Assembly (NCBI GenBank): GCA_017553405.1
Contig: JAFZME010000118.1
Coordinates: 18,250 to 82,249, forward strand
Reading direction: 5' to 3'
DNA: 64,000 nt
From: Bacteroidales bacterium
GTDB lineage: Bacteria > Bacteroidota > Bacteroidia > Bacteroidales > UBA932
Shown: piece after piece, positions 1-9,343 of the stretch
Numbering within the stretch: position 1 is the stretch's first letter
How the letters are laid out: each line of letters opens with the position of its first letter
The notes under the pieces: generated by a model
Told to the model about the DNA's origin: nothing
Seen by the model: only the letters and a program-made list of their open reading frames with translations
Database searches by the model: none
Position numbers and translations under genes: made by a program

Positions 1-1
1 C

Positions 2-541
2 AATAACACATCAAAATCTACGGGCAGTGCACTTGCGTTCCATTCTGACAATGCCTCATATCCCACAATCGGCAATATCTACAACTGCACGATAGTCAAA
101 AACAACTGCGGAAGGACAAGTGCGGACGTCGGCGGAGCCATCGGCATCGATATGCCCGGCGGCACGGTCAAAGTTTACAACAGCATAGTTTCCGGCAACA
201 CCTGGGCGGCAAACTCGGATGCGGCGGATTTCTTCACGGTAGCCAATTCTACAATCGAAGTCCATAAATGCATCTCCGGAACTGACATCCTCGACGTCAA
301 CGGCGGTGTTCTCGACAGCGTTCCGGCCTTCGATGTGGCCACTATGTTAACGGCCAAGACCGAAGAAGGCAAGACTTCCGTATTCAGCCTGATCGGCACG
401 GAGAACCCTGCCAAGACCTACGGTTATGATGTCGCGGGCCTCCAGAGCCTCAACGCCCCGTTTGAAAGCGGCGTGATTTTGAAAGACCAGTGGGGCAACG
501 ACCGTACCGGATCCGCCATGGGCGCTTTTGTTGGTGAATAA
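2..541 (+). CDS. 5'-truncated beta-helix-repeat protein, C-terminal part (choice-of-anchor Q-like end)
   Basis: The frame of ORF 152..541 is open back to base 2 (NNTSKSTGSALAFHSDNASYPTIGNIYNCTIVKNNC...). It has beta-helix-like NCTIVKN/NSIVSGN repeats and ends DQWGNDRTGSAMGAFVGE. The next gene starts 4 nt later. Confidence 0.7.
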   Translation, partial: NNTSKSTGSALAFHSDNASYPTIGNIYNCTIVKNNCGRTSADVGGAIGIDMPGGTVKVYNSIVSGNTWAANSDAADFFTVANSTIEVHKCISGTDILDVNGGVLDSVPAFDVATMLTAKTEEGKTSVFSLIGTENPAKTYGYDVAGLQSLNAPFESGVILKDQWGNDRTGSAMGAFVGE

Positions 542-544
542 ACG

Positions 545-2032
545 ATGAAAATCAGAAAAATATTCCTTCTTCTGCTCGCCTGCCCGCTCCTTTTCTCCTG
601 CAAGGAGGATAAAGGGGCGGAGGCGGCAGGCTCGATTGCCTTTGCGCAGAACCCGATGCTGATTCCCTGCGAAGCGGCGGTTCACGACTGCGGTCTTATC
701 TGCAACGCCTCCTGGACGGCATCCTCGAAGGACGCCTGGGTGACCGTACTCACAGGCGAGGGCGCGGCGGGAGACCCGCTCAAAATAAGGGTTTCCGCCA
801 ACACGGCGGACGACGACCGCAACGCATCGGTCACCGTCAAGTCGGGCAGCGCCGGCAAGGTGCTCCAGATAGTCCAGTACGGCAATGTGAGTTCAGGCTT
901 CATTTCCGCGACGAGCGTCACGCTGGACACCTACGGGACGGCCTCCTACATTACGGTCACTTGTGACGGCGGATGGAACTTTGAAAGCGACGGGGCCGAG
1001 TGGATGCATCTGGAGCAGAGAAGCGCCACGGTGCTCAACATCTCGGCGGACGTCAACTTCACCGGATCGGACCGCAAGGCATCTTTCACGGTAAAGGCCA
1101 CCGACGGGACCAAACAGGCCACAGTAAACGTCACACAGCAATTCAACAACGACAAATTCAAGGCTTCGACCGTGTACGGCCGCAAACTGGTCTATGCGAT
1201 GTCGGCGGGTGAGTACATCACCTCCGTCACAAAAGACACCTACTCCGAAATAACCCCCGGCGTCATCAACTTCGAGATGACCGCCTACCTGCAGGACAGC
1301 TTCGGCGGAGACTCTAGCCCTATGGTCAGGAAAATCTACCTTTTCGAAGTCGATATGACCAAGGCCACGGTGGTCGCGACACTGAAAGACGACAACGACG
1401 CCAATTTCAACACCACCCAGCAGATTACACCCCAGCTCAAGGCCCTGCAAAACAGCAGGACCGGCATCACCGTCTGGGGCGGTACCAACGGAGACTTCTT
1501 CTCCGTCGACGGCAACGGCAGCACCTGCACTCTGCAAGGGGTGCTGTACCGCCGCGGGACCTGTCTGAAGGACTCCTTCACCGACGCTGTCTGCACCGTC
1601 TTCGCAGTTCTGAATGACGGGACAGCAAGGTGCCTGAGCCAGACTGAATATCCTTCGGTCAAGAGCGACATCAAGGAGGCGATAGGCGGCCGTCAGGCTC
1701 TGCTTACGAACGGCATAAAGGTCTCCTTCCAGGACACAAGACAGGAGCCGAGAACGGCGGTAGGCGTATCTGAGGACGGCAAGACAGTGTGGATGCTCGT
1801 TGTGGACGGACGCCAGGAGCAATACTCCACCGGATCCTACAGCGTGTCCTATGAGGTGCTCGCCAGAATCCTCAAGGCCGCAGGGGCCTATGACGCCATC
1901 AACCTCGACGGCGGCGGCTCTTCGACCTTCACCGTACGCGGCACCGACGGCACGCTTTCCAGGCACAACTCCCCGGCTAACTCCGGCAGGACCGAGCGTT
2001 CGGTCCTCGACGGACTGGCGGTAGTAAAGTAA
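545..2032 (+). CDS. Lipoprotein: two BACON domains + phosphodiester glycosidase (NAGPA/DUF2233) domain
   Basis: Lipobox LLFSC; BACON-like WTASSKDAWVTV...NTADDDRNASVTV and GGWNF...WMHL...SDRKASFTV; NAGPA motifs GTNGDFF, PRTAVGVSEDG...LVVDGRQ, INLDGGGSST. Confidence 0.85.
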   Translation: MKIRKIFLLLLACPLLFSCKEDKGAEAAGSIAFAQNPMLIPCEAAVHDCGLICNASWTASSKDAWVTVLTGEGAAGDPLKIRVSANTADDDRNASVTVKSGSAGKVLQIVQYGNVSSGFISATSVTLDTYGTASYITVTCDGGWNFESDGAEWMHLEQRSATVLNISADVNFTGSDRKASFTVKATDGTKQATVNVTQQFNNDKFKASTVYGRKLVYAMSAGEYITSVTKDTYSEITPGVINFEMTAYLQDSFGGDSSPMVRKIYLFEVDMTKATVVATLKDDNDANFNTTQQITPQLKALQNSRTGITVWGGTNGDFFSVDGNGSTCTLQGVLYRRGTCLKDSFTDAVCTVFAVLNDGTARCLSQTEYPSVKSDIKEAIGGRQALLTNGIKVSFQDTRQEPRTAVGVSEDGKTVWMLVVDGRQEQYSTGSYSVSYEVLARILKAAGAYDAINLDGGGSSTFTVRGTDGTLSRHNSPANSGRTERSVLDGLAVVK

Positions 2033-2036
2033 AGTT

Positions 2037-4043
2037 ATGAGAAAACTGATTCTTGCAGCAATAGCGCTTGCGTGGAGTACGACGCTTCCGGCACAGATGC
2101 AGATGCTCCGGGAAGACCCGGACCGCAGCGGTGTCAACACCCACGTGTATGAATTCAAGGACGACAAGGTGACACCGGCCCCGAAGGGCTACTCCCCTTT
2201 CTATCTGGTCCACTACGGCCGCCACGGCTCGAGGACGGATTCAAAGACCGAGGACTACACAAAACTTGAATCCATCCTTCAGAAAGCGAAGGACGGAGGG
2301 TACCTGAGCGCATCCGGAGACTCCCTGCTTGCGGAGACAAGGCAAGTGATGGCAGCGCACGGCGGCAATCCCGGACACCTCACACGCAACGGAGAACTTG
2401 AAGAAAGGGAACTCGCAAGGAGGGTTTTCAATAAATACAAGCCCGTATTCACAAAGGGCAGCGGAAAGATTCACGTTCAAAGCAGCAACGTCCCCCGGGT
2501 GCTGGTCAGTATGGCTTGCTTTACCGGAGAGCTCTCCAAAATGGCCCCGAAACTCGATTTCACCATCGAGACCGGCGAAGCGATCTTCGCCTGGATCAAC
2601 AATTCGGCTTCAAAAGAGCACAAGGAGATTGCACTGGCGCTCCGTGACTCGATGATCAAGGTCGTCAAGGTCGACTCGACGGCAATCTATGAACGCCTAT
2701 TCACCAATCCCGCCAAGGGGAAAAGACTCGCGCCTGACGCAGACAAATTGCAAAGACGCATCTGGAGGGTGGCAAAGATAGCCAAGTCCTCCGGACTGGA
2801 GACAAGCCCCTACCGTTTTCTCCCCGACGACGTCATCTGCAAATGGTGGGACATCACCAACAGGAATATCTATTTCTGCCACGGCAACAGCATCGAGTTC
2901 GGGGAAGAACGTATGAAACGTGCGGTTCCCCTGGTGGAAAAGGTATTCGGGCTTGCGGATGACGCCATCGCTTCGGGCTCAGTCGCGGCGGACCTTCTCT
3001 TCGGACACGACTACCCCCTCCTCGCGATGGCAAGCTGGTTCGGTCTCGAAGGCATCGGCGACCGTATGAGCTTCGATGAGATTCCTCAGAAGTGGAACGA
3101 TCCGACGAACATCACTCTTGCCAGCAATATGCAGATTGTATTTTACAAGAGCAAGAAGAAGGGTTCCCCGGTGCTCGTCAAATTCGTCTACAACGGACGC
3201 GAGCGCAAGGTCCGCGGGCTCGAACCCGTGGGCGGAGTCTACTACAAGTGGGAAGACATCAAATCGACATACGGCCTGTCCGCGCAAGCGTCCCGGTGGA
3301 ATTGGAAAGAAGCCTCCGAAGGCGTGGAATACTGCGCCGCGCAGGTGCCTCTCTTCGGGCGCACAGAATACATCACTGCCGTTCGCTACGATATGCGAAA
3401 GCATAAGACTCACGTGCTTCACGCTCCCGCCGCCCAGGCCGACAGCACCAGCGCGCTGGCCCTCAGGATGGGAGCCGTCGCGGCCATCAACGGCAGTTAT
3501 TTCAACGTCAAGACGCTGGAGCCCGTCACCTATGTGTGGATGCAGGACTCCGGCGTGCTTGGAAAAACCACGGCCAAAGAAGCTTCTGCCAGGACCGACG
3601 GCGTCCTTGCCATCAAAGCCGACGGCGAGATGGCGATGTTTCCGAGCGACTCGACAAAGTATGGCTCCATTGATGGCTATACGGAAATCCTGGCCGCCGG
3701 CCCGGTCCTGCTTCAGGACGGGAAGCCCGCAAGGGATGTCTGGCCCGACACCGGATTCTACGTCCTGCATCACCCGAGATCCCTTGTCGGCACGGACGGG
3801 GAAGGCCGGGCCTATCTCATAGTCATCGACGGCCGCTTCCCCGGGCAGGGTGAAGGCGCTTCGATCGACGAAACAGTGCAGATCTCCCTGATGTTCGGGC
3901 TTAAGGAAGCCCTTAACCTCGACGGAGGCGGATCCTGCGCCCTGTGGACTGAAAAAACAGAAGTGCTCTCCCATCCGTACGACAACCATAAATTCGACCA
4001 CTACGGGCAGAGGGTAGTCCCCAACATCCTGTACATCAAATAG
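2037..4043 (+). CDS. Secreted fusion: histidine acid phosphatase + phosphodiester glycosidase (NAGPA) domain
   Basis: SpI-type signal peptide; HYGRHGSR and LFGHD phosphatase motifs in the N-terminal ~410 aa; AINGSYFN, HPRSLVG, IVIDGR, LNLDGGGS in the C-terminal domain. Confidence 0.85.
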   Translation: MRKLILAAIALAWSTTLPAQMQMLREDPDRSGVNTHVYEFKDDKVTPAPKGYSPFYLVHYGRHGSRTDSKTEDYTKLESILQKAKDGGYLSASGDSLLAETRQVMAAHGGNPGHLTRNGELEERELARRVFNKYKPVFTKGSGKIHVQSSNVPRVLVSMACFTGELSKMAPKLDFTIETGEAIFAWINNSASKEHKEIALALRDSMIKVVKVDSTAIYERLFTNPAKGKRLAPDADKLQRRIWRVAKIAKSSGLETSPYRFLPDDVICKWWDITNRNIYFCHGNSIEFGEERMKRAVPLVEKVFGLADDAIASGSVAADLLFGHDYPLLAMASWFGLEGIGDRMSFDEIPQKWNDPTNITLASNMQIVFYKSKKKGSPVLVKFVYNGRERKVRGLEPVGGVYYKWEDIKSTYGLSAQASRWNWKEASEGVEYCAAQVPLFGRTEYITAVRYDMRKHKTHVLHAPAAQADSTSALALRMGAVAAINGSYFNVKTLEPVTYVWMQDSGVLGKTTAKEASARTDGVLAIKADGEMAMFPSDSTKYGSIDGYTEILAAGPVLLQDGKPARDVWPDTGFYVLHHPRSLVGTDGEGRAYLIVIDGRFPGQGEGASIDETVQISLMFGLKEALNLDGGGSCALWTEKTEVLSHPYDNHKFDHYGQRVVPNILYIK

Positions 4044-4079
4044 ACTTATTTAAAACATTAACCACACTAACCATTTACA

Positions 4080-7000
4080 ATGAACAATTCTAGCCACCTG
4101 CGAACACTTTGCGCGATGCTCGTGTCGCTTGCCCTTCTGATGCCGGCCCTCGCCGGCGCCCAGCAGAAGGCACCCTTCAAGGGGGTGGTCGTCGACCAGA
4201 ACGGCGAGCCGCTTATCGGCGCCTCCCTTCTGGACAAGGCGTCCGGGAAATACGCCCTGACTGACGACAACGGAGAGTTCGCCTTCGACGAGCTCACGTT
4301 TCCGGCGGTCCTGACGGTTTCCTATATCGGATTCGACGACCGGGAATATTCACTGACCGGCGATGAGGCGCAGCCCTACAGCGTCGTAATGACCGGCAAC
4401 AATGTCCTTGACGAACTGGTGGTCGTCGGTTACGGTACTCAGAAAAGAGTCAACCTGACCGGCGCCGTTTCGGTCATCGACGGGAAGGAAATCAACTCCC
4501 GTCCCGTGACCAACACCGCAATGGCCATCCAGGGCGCCGATCCGTCCCTGGTCCTCACGACCTCCAGCGGCTCCATCGACGGCACCCAGTACAGCGTCAA
4601 CATCCGCGGCAAGCTGAGCCTCAACAGCGGCTCCCCGCTCATCCTTGTGGACGGCATCGAGGGCACTCTCACCCAGGTCAACCCCAACGACATCGAGAGC
4701 ATCTCGGTCCTGAAGGACGCCTCGGCCTGCGCCATCTACGGCGCAAAGGCCTCCGCCGGCGTCATCCTCATCACCACGAAGAGCGGCGCCGAAGGCAAGG
4801 CGAAGATCACCTACAACGGCCGCGCAAGCTTCTCGATGAACACCACCTCGACCGACTTTATGACCAACGGCTACGACTACGTCACCCTCACCAACGAGTT
4901 CTACAAGACCTTCAAGGGTCACGGAGCCTGGACCTATTCGGACGAGCAGCTGCAGATGCTTTATGAGCGCAGAAACGACAAGACCGAGAATCCGGAGCGT
5001 CCGTGGGTCATCCCCGACGAGACCGGGACCTACACCTACGTCTATCTCGGCAACTTCGACTGGTACAACTTCATATTCAACAAGATCCGCCCCGAGACCG
5101 AGCACAACCTGACTGTCCGCGGCGGCACCGACAAGGTCAAGTACTACGCTTCCGCCCGCTACCTCTACCGTGAAGGTATCTTCGCCGCCAAGGCGCAGGA
5201 TATCTACCACGGCATCTCACTGCGCGGCAAGGTGGACGCGAAGATTGCCAAGTGGCTGACTTACTCGTCCAACATCAGCTTCGAGCGCACCAAATACGAA
5301 TGGGGCGGCTTCCACGAGATGGACGGCTCGGCCGATATGCTGGGCAAGGGCACGCAGGGCATAATGTTCAACATAACCCAGAACGTCGGTCCCAACTACG
5401 TCCCCTACAACCCCGACGGCACCATAGCGATGTACCCCGGCTTTATGGCCGACGCAACATCCCCGCTTATGTCCGGACGTGGCGGCGTCTTTATGGACGG
5501 CCGCAACCGCAACTCCAACGTCAACAACTACTGGACGTGGACCAACCGCCTGACCTTCAACATCTACGACGGGCTCAAGTTCATTGCGGACTACACCTAC
5601 CGCCGCCGCGACCGCAGGGCCGGCTACAGGAGCCTTCCCACGGCCAACAGCTACGACAACGAGCACCAGAGAATGTATGTAGGCAACGGCCTCTCGGGCG
5701 GTCTGTTCTCCAACGGCTCCGTGTACGACTTCACACGTGAATACCGCTACTATCAGGACGGCAACGTAATCAACGCCTACTTCTCCTATGACAACACCTT
5801 CGCGAAGGACCATCACGTCTCAGCCACCCTCGGCGGCAACTACGACGACTACTACGGAAGCAGCATCACGGTGCAGCAGAAGGGGTCCCTCAGCGAGGCA
5901 CTCTCCTATATCAATATGGCCAACGGCGAAATCGAGGAGGCCTCCCAGTCCAATTCGTCCTACAGGACGCTCGGCTTCTTCGGCCGTGTCAACTACGACT
6001 GGAAGGGCCGTTACCTCATAGAACTGTCCGGCCGCTTCGACGGATCGTCCCGCTTCCCGAAAGGCCATCGCTGGGGCTTCTTCCCTTCCTTCTCGGTCGG
6101 CTGGCGCCTCTCCGAAGAACCTTTCTGGGAGAAGGTCAAACCGTATGTTTCCAACGCCAAGCTGCGCTTCAGCTACGGTACGCTCGGCAACCAGCAGGTC
6201 AGCAACTACTACTATTGGGAAACCCTCAACACCGGCCAGCTTAGCGGCTACACCTTCGACGGCGTCACGAACGCCAGTTATGCCTCCGCCGCTTCCCCTG
6301 TCTCCAGCAGCCTGACCTGGGAGACGGTCGTCACCTCCAACCTCGGTATCGACCTCGGCTTCCTGCGCAACCGCCTTACCATCGGCGCCGACTTCTTCAT
6401 CCGCGACACCAAGAATATGCTCACCGCGGGTATGACGCTCCCCTATGTGTACGGCGACAATGCGCCGAAGGAGAACGCGGCCAACCTGAGGACCAAGGGC
6501 TATGAAATCGCCATCAGCTGGAAAGACAACGTCACTGTCCTCGGCCAGCCCCTCTACTACGGCATCACCGCCACTCTCGGCGACTTCGTCACCCACATCA
6601 CCAAATTCGACAACGAGAAGAAACTCCTGAGCGACAACTACGTCGGCAAGCGCCTCGGCGACATCTGGGGCTACGTGACCGACGGCGTCTTCGCCACCGA
6701 CGAGGAAGCGGCCGCCTACGAGGCCTCCATCGAGTCGTTCGACACGGTCAACAAGGGCATCAAGGGCCAGGTCGCCCCCTGGAACCACCTGATGTCCGGC
6801 GACGTCAAGTACAAGGACCTCAACGGCGACGGCAAGATCAACACGGGCGACAACACTCTCGACAACCCGGGCGACCGCCGCGTCATCGGCAACTCCCGGC
6901 CGCGCTACAACTACGCCATCAAGGGAGACTTCAGCTGGTACGGAGTCGACATAAGCATCTTCTTCCAGGGAGTCGGCAAACTGAGCTGGATGCCCAACGG

Positions 7001-7415
7001 CAACTGCATCTACTTCTGGGGCCCGTACTCCTACCACCGTCCGACCTTCCTCCCTACAGACTTCGAGTCGAAGTGCTGGTCGGATGAGCCCGGGGCCGAC
7101 AACAGCAAGGCGATATTCCCGCGCAAGAGAGGCCGTATCGCCACCACGTCTAACCTCGTGACCTCCGACTTCTATCTCCAGAACGCGGCCTACCTGCGTC
7201 TGAAGAACCTCACCGTCGGATACACCCTCCCCATCAAGAGCAAGGTACTGGAAAAGGTACGTTTCTACTTCTCCGGCGAGAACCTCTGCTACTTCTCCCC
7301 GCTGCGGAAAGCCACCAAGTACATAGATCCCGAAGTGGCCACCACGTCAGTCTCGGAAGACTGCACCTATCCGTATTCCAAGACTTTCTCATTCGGTGTT
7401 GACATTACATTCTGA
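4080..7415 (+). CDS. susC: SusC/RagA family TonB-dependent transporter (locus A)
   Basis: N-terminal carboxypeptidase-regulatory-like domain, VVVGYGTQKRVNLTGAV plug start, NPNDIESISVLKDASACAIYGAKASAGVILITTK signature, C-terminal F. Confidence 0.95.
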   Translation: MNNSSHLRTLCAMLVSLALLMPALAGAQQKAPFKGVVVDQNGEPLIGASLLDKASGKYALTDDNGEFAFDELTFPAVLTVSYIGFDDREYSLTGDEAQPYSVVMTGNNVLDELVVVGYGTQKRVNLTGAVSVIDGKEINSRPVTNTAMAIQGADPSLVLTTSSGSIDGTQYSVNIRGKLSLNSGSPLILVDGIEGTLTQVNPNDIESISVLKDASACAIYGAKASAGVILITTKSGAEGKAKITYNGRASFSMNTTSTDFMTNGYDYVTLTNEFYKTFKGHGAWTYSDEQLQMLYERRNDKTENPERPWVIPDETGTYTYVYLGNFDWYNFIFNKIRPETEHNLTVRGGTDKVKYYASARYLYREGIFAAKAQDIYHGISLRGKVDAKIAKWLTYSSNISFERTKYEWGGFHEMDGSADMLGKGTQGIMFNITQNVGPNYVPYNPDGTIAMYPGFMADATSPLMSGRGGVFMDGRNRNSNVNNYWTWTNRLTFNIYDGLKFIADYTYRRRDRRAGYRSLPTANSYDNEHQRMYVGNGLSGGLFSNGSVYDFTREYRYYQDGNVINAYFSYDNTFAKDHHVSATLGGNYDDYYGSSITVQQKGSLSEALSYINMANGEIEEASQSNSSYRTLGFFGRVNYDWKGRYLIELSGRFDGSSRFPKGHRWGFFPSFSVGWRLSEEPFWEKVKPYVSNAKLRFSYGTLGNQQVSNYYYWETLNTGQLSGYTFDGVTNASYASAASPVSSSLTWETVVTSNLGIDLGFLRNRLTIGADFFIRDTKNMLTAGMTLPYVYGDNAPKENAANLRTKGYEIAISWKDNVTVLGQPLYYGITATLGDFVTHITKFDNEKKLLSDNYVGKRLGDIWGYVTDGVFATDEEAAAYEASIESFDTVNKGIKGQVAPWNHLMSGDVKYKDLNGDGKINTGDNTLDNPGDRRVIGNSRPRYNYAIKGDFSWYGVDISIFFQGVGKLSWMPNGNCIYFWGPYSYHRPTFLPTDFESKCWSDEPGADNSKAIFPRKRGRIATTSNLVTSDFYLQNAAYLRLKNLTVGYTLPIKSKVLEKVRFYFSGENLCYFSPLRKATKYIDPEVATTSVSEDCTYPYSKTFSFGVDITF

Positions 7416-7420
7416 CGACT

Positions 7421-9331
7421 ATGAAAAAGATTATCATACCGTTTGCACTGATGGTCGCCGCCTTTGCGGCTTCCTCCTGCGAGGATTTCCTGACCAAGAA
7501 GCCCGAGACCTCCCTTTCGCCGGAAACCTATTTCTCTTCGGCCGCGGAGCTCGATATCTGGGCTAATAAATTCTATAACGACATTCTGCCGTCGGCAGGT
7601 ACTCTTGCCGAGCTTTCAGCCGACGACAACGGCTCGTCATCATCCCTTTCCGCCATCCAGAAAGGTACGCGCACTCCTTCCTCCAAGTCCTGGAGCGCCG
7701 ACACCTGGAAGCCGCTGCGCAACATCAACTACCTGCTCGAGAACAACAGGTGCAGCGACCAGTCCACCAAACTGATGTACGACGGCGTCGCATATTTCTT
7801 CCGCGCCTGGTTCTATTATGAAATGGTACGCCAGTACGGCGACATCCCCTGGTACGACCACGTGATCGGCTCAGCCGACAAGGAAGACCTCAACAAGCCC
7901 CGCGACCCCCGCGGATATGTGATGATGAAGGTCCTCCAGGACCTCGACAAGGCCTACGAACTGCTTCCCGCAAGGTGGGCTTCCGACGCCGTCTACCACG
8001 TCTCCAAGGACGCTGCTCTCGCGCTCAAGTCGAGAGCAGCCCTCTTCGAGGGGACTTTCCGGAAATATCACGCCGGGAGCGAATTCGTGCCCGTGGACGA
8101 GCAGACTTTCGGTGATGTGACCATCTCTTCAGAGTGGTTCCTCCGCCAGGCGGTTGACGCGGCCGGCAAGATGGTCGGCACGCGCCAGCTCTACAACGGC
8201 AACACCCTCGGCCTTGCAGCCAATCCCGCCAACGCTTCCTACCGCGAATACTTCATCCTGGAAAACGCTGAGACCAACGAGACCATCCTCTCGCGCCGCT
8301 ACAGCGTCGACGTCCTTGTGCGCCACGGCATCCAGTTCGACTACAAGAACCACCGCCAGAGCGCTTCCCTGGAATTCACCAGCCACTATCTGCAGAAAAG
8401 CGGCAGGCCTATCCAGGACCGCACAAGCCACGAGACACTCAGTTATTACGACCTGTTCCAAGACCGCGACCCCCGTATGGCCCAGAGTCTGCAGGGCCCC
8501 GGATTCCTGATGGTGGACCTCGACGAAGAGTCCGCCGAGAATCCGAAGCCCCACAAGACGGAGCAGCTCTCCTGGGAGCGCACGTTCAATGGCTTCAGGA
8601 TCATCAAGTTCATCTCCGACGCCACCCACGAGGGAGCCACGACATCCACGACGGACTACCCTCTCATCCGCTATCCGGAAGTCCTTCTCAACTACGCAGA
8701 AGCCAAGGCTGAGCTCGGCGAACTGACACAGGACGACATCTCCAAGACCATAGATGTTATCCGCGCCCGCGTCGGGATGCCGGGGATGGAAGTGAGAGAC
8801 GACGGCTTTTTGAAAGATTACTATCATAACGCCTCCTCGGTCCACTCCGGTTCCGAACTCAACGCAGTCCTCGAAGTTCGCCGTGAGCGCACGGTGGAGC
8901 TCTTCTGCGAAGGCTTCCGCCAGTGGGATCTGCTCCGCTGGGGCGAAGGTGCTCTTCTTACCCCGAAGGGGACCGGAGGATTCAAGGGAATCTATATCAA
9001 GGGTTCCGAAGTCGGGACGGACATCGACCTCGACAAGGACGGCAAGGCGGACCTTTATCTCTACCGCGGGACAAAGGGAACCACCCACGCCCCTGCCACC
9101 AACCAGATCCAGCTCGGCAGCGGATATCAGCTGGTAAGGGAAACTGCCGACGGCAATGGATGGGAGTTAAGCCCCTCAGGAGAAGGCGGCTATCTTACCT
9201 ACTGGTTTGCCGAAGATTACGAGTGGAACGAAGAACGCGACTATCTCTGGCCGATTCCTGCCGACCAGCGCACCCTCACAGGGTTTGCCCTTTCGCAGAA
9301 TCCCGGCTGGGACGACGGTCTTTCAGAATAA
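7421..9331 (+). CDS. susD: SusD/RagB family nutrient-binding lipoprotein (locus A)
   Basis: Lipobox ASSC; YFFRAWFYY..VRQYGDIPW, IRYPEVLLNYAEA, EVRRERTVELFCEGFRQWDLLRW, YLWPIP..QNPGW; directly after susC. Confidence 0.95.
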   Translation: MKKIIIPFALMVAAFAASSCEDFLTKKPETSLSPETYFSSAAELDIWANKFYNDILPSAGTLAELSADDNGSSSSLSAIQKGTRTPSSKSWSADTWKPLRNINYLLENNRCSDQSTKLMYDGVAYFFRAWFYYEMVRQYGDIPWYDHVIGSADKEDLNKPRDPRGYVMMKVLQDLDKAYELLPARWASDAVYHVSKDAALALKSRAALFEGTFRKYHAGSEFVPVDEQTFGDVTISSEWFLRQAVDAAGKMVGTRQLYNGNTLGLAANPANASYREYFILENAETNETILSRRYSVDVLVRHGIQFDYKNHRQSASLEFTSHYLQKSGRPIQDRTSHETLSYYDLFQDRDPRMAQSLQGPGFLMVDLDEESAENPKPHKTEQLSWERTFNGFRIIKFISDATHEGATTSTTDYPLIRYPEVLLNYAEAKAELGELTQDDISKTIDVIRARVGMPGMEVRDDGFLKDYYHNASSVHSGSELNAVLEVRRERTVELFCEGFRQWDLLRWGEGALLTPKGTGGFKGIYIKGSEVGTDIDLDKDGKADLYLYRGTKGTTHAPATNQIQLGSGYQLVRETADGNGWELSPSGEGGYLTYWFAEDYEWNEERDYLWPIPADQRTLTGFALSQNPGWDDGLSE

Positions 9332-9343
9332 ATGATCAGCGCT

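Larger units (their letters stand above)
4080..9331 (+). repeat. susC-susD block duplicated in inverted orientation at 53367..58567
   Basis: Long identical protein blocks and DNA stretches (e.g. cccaggtcaaccccaacgacatcgagagcat occurs in both copies); identity not computed. Confidence 0.9.
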
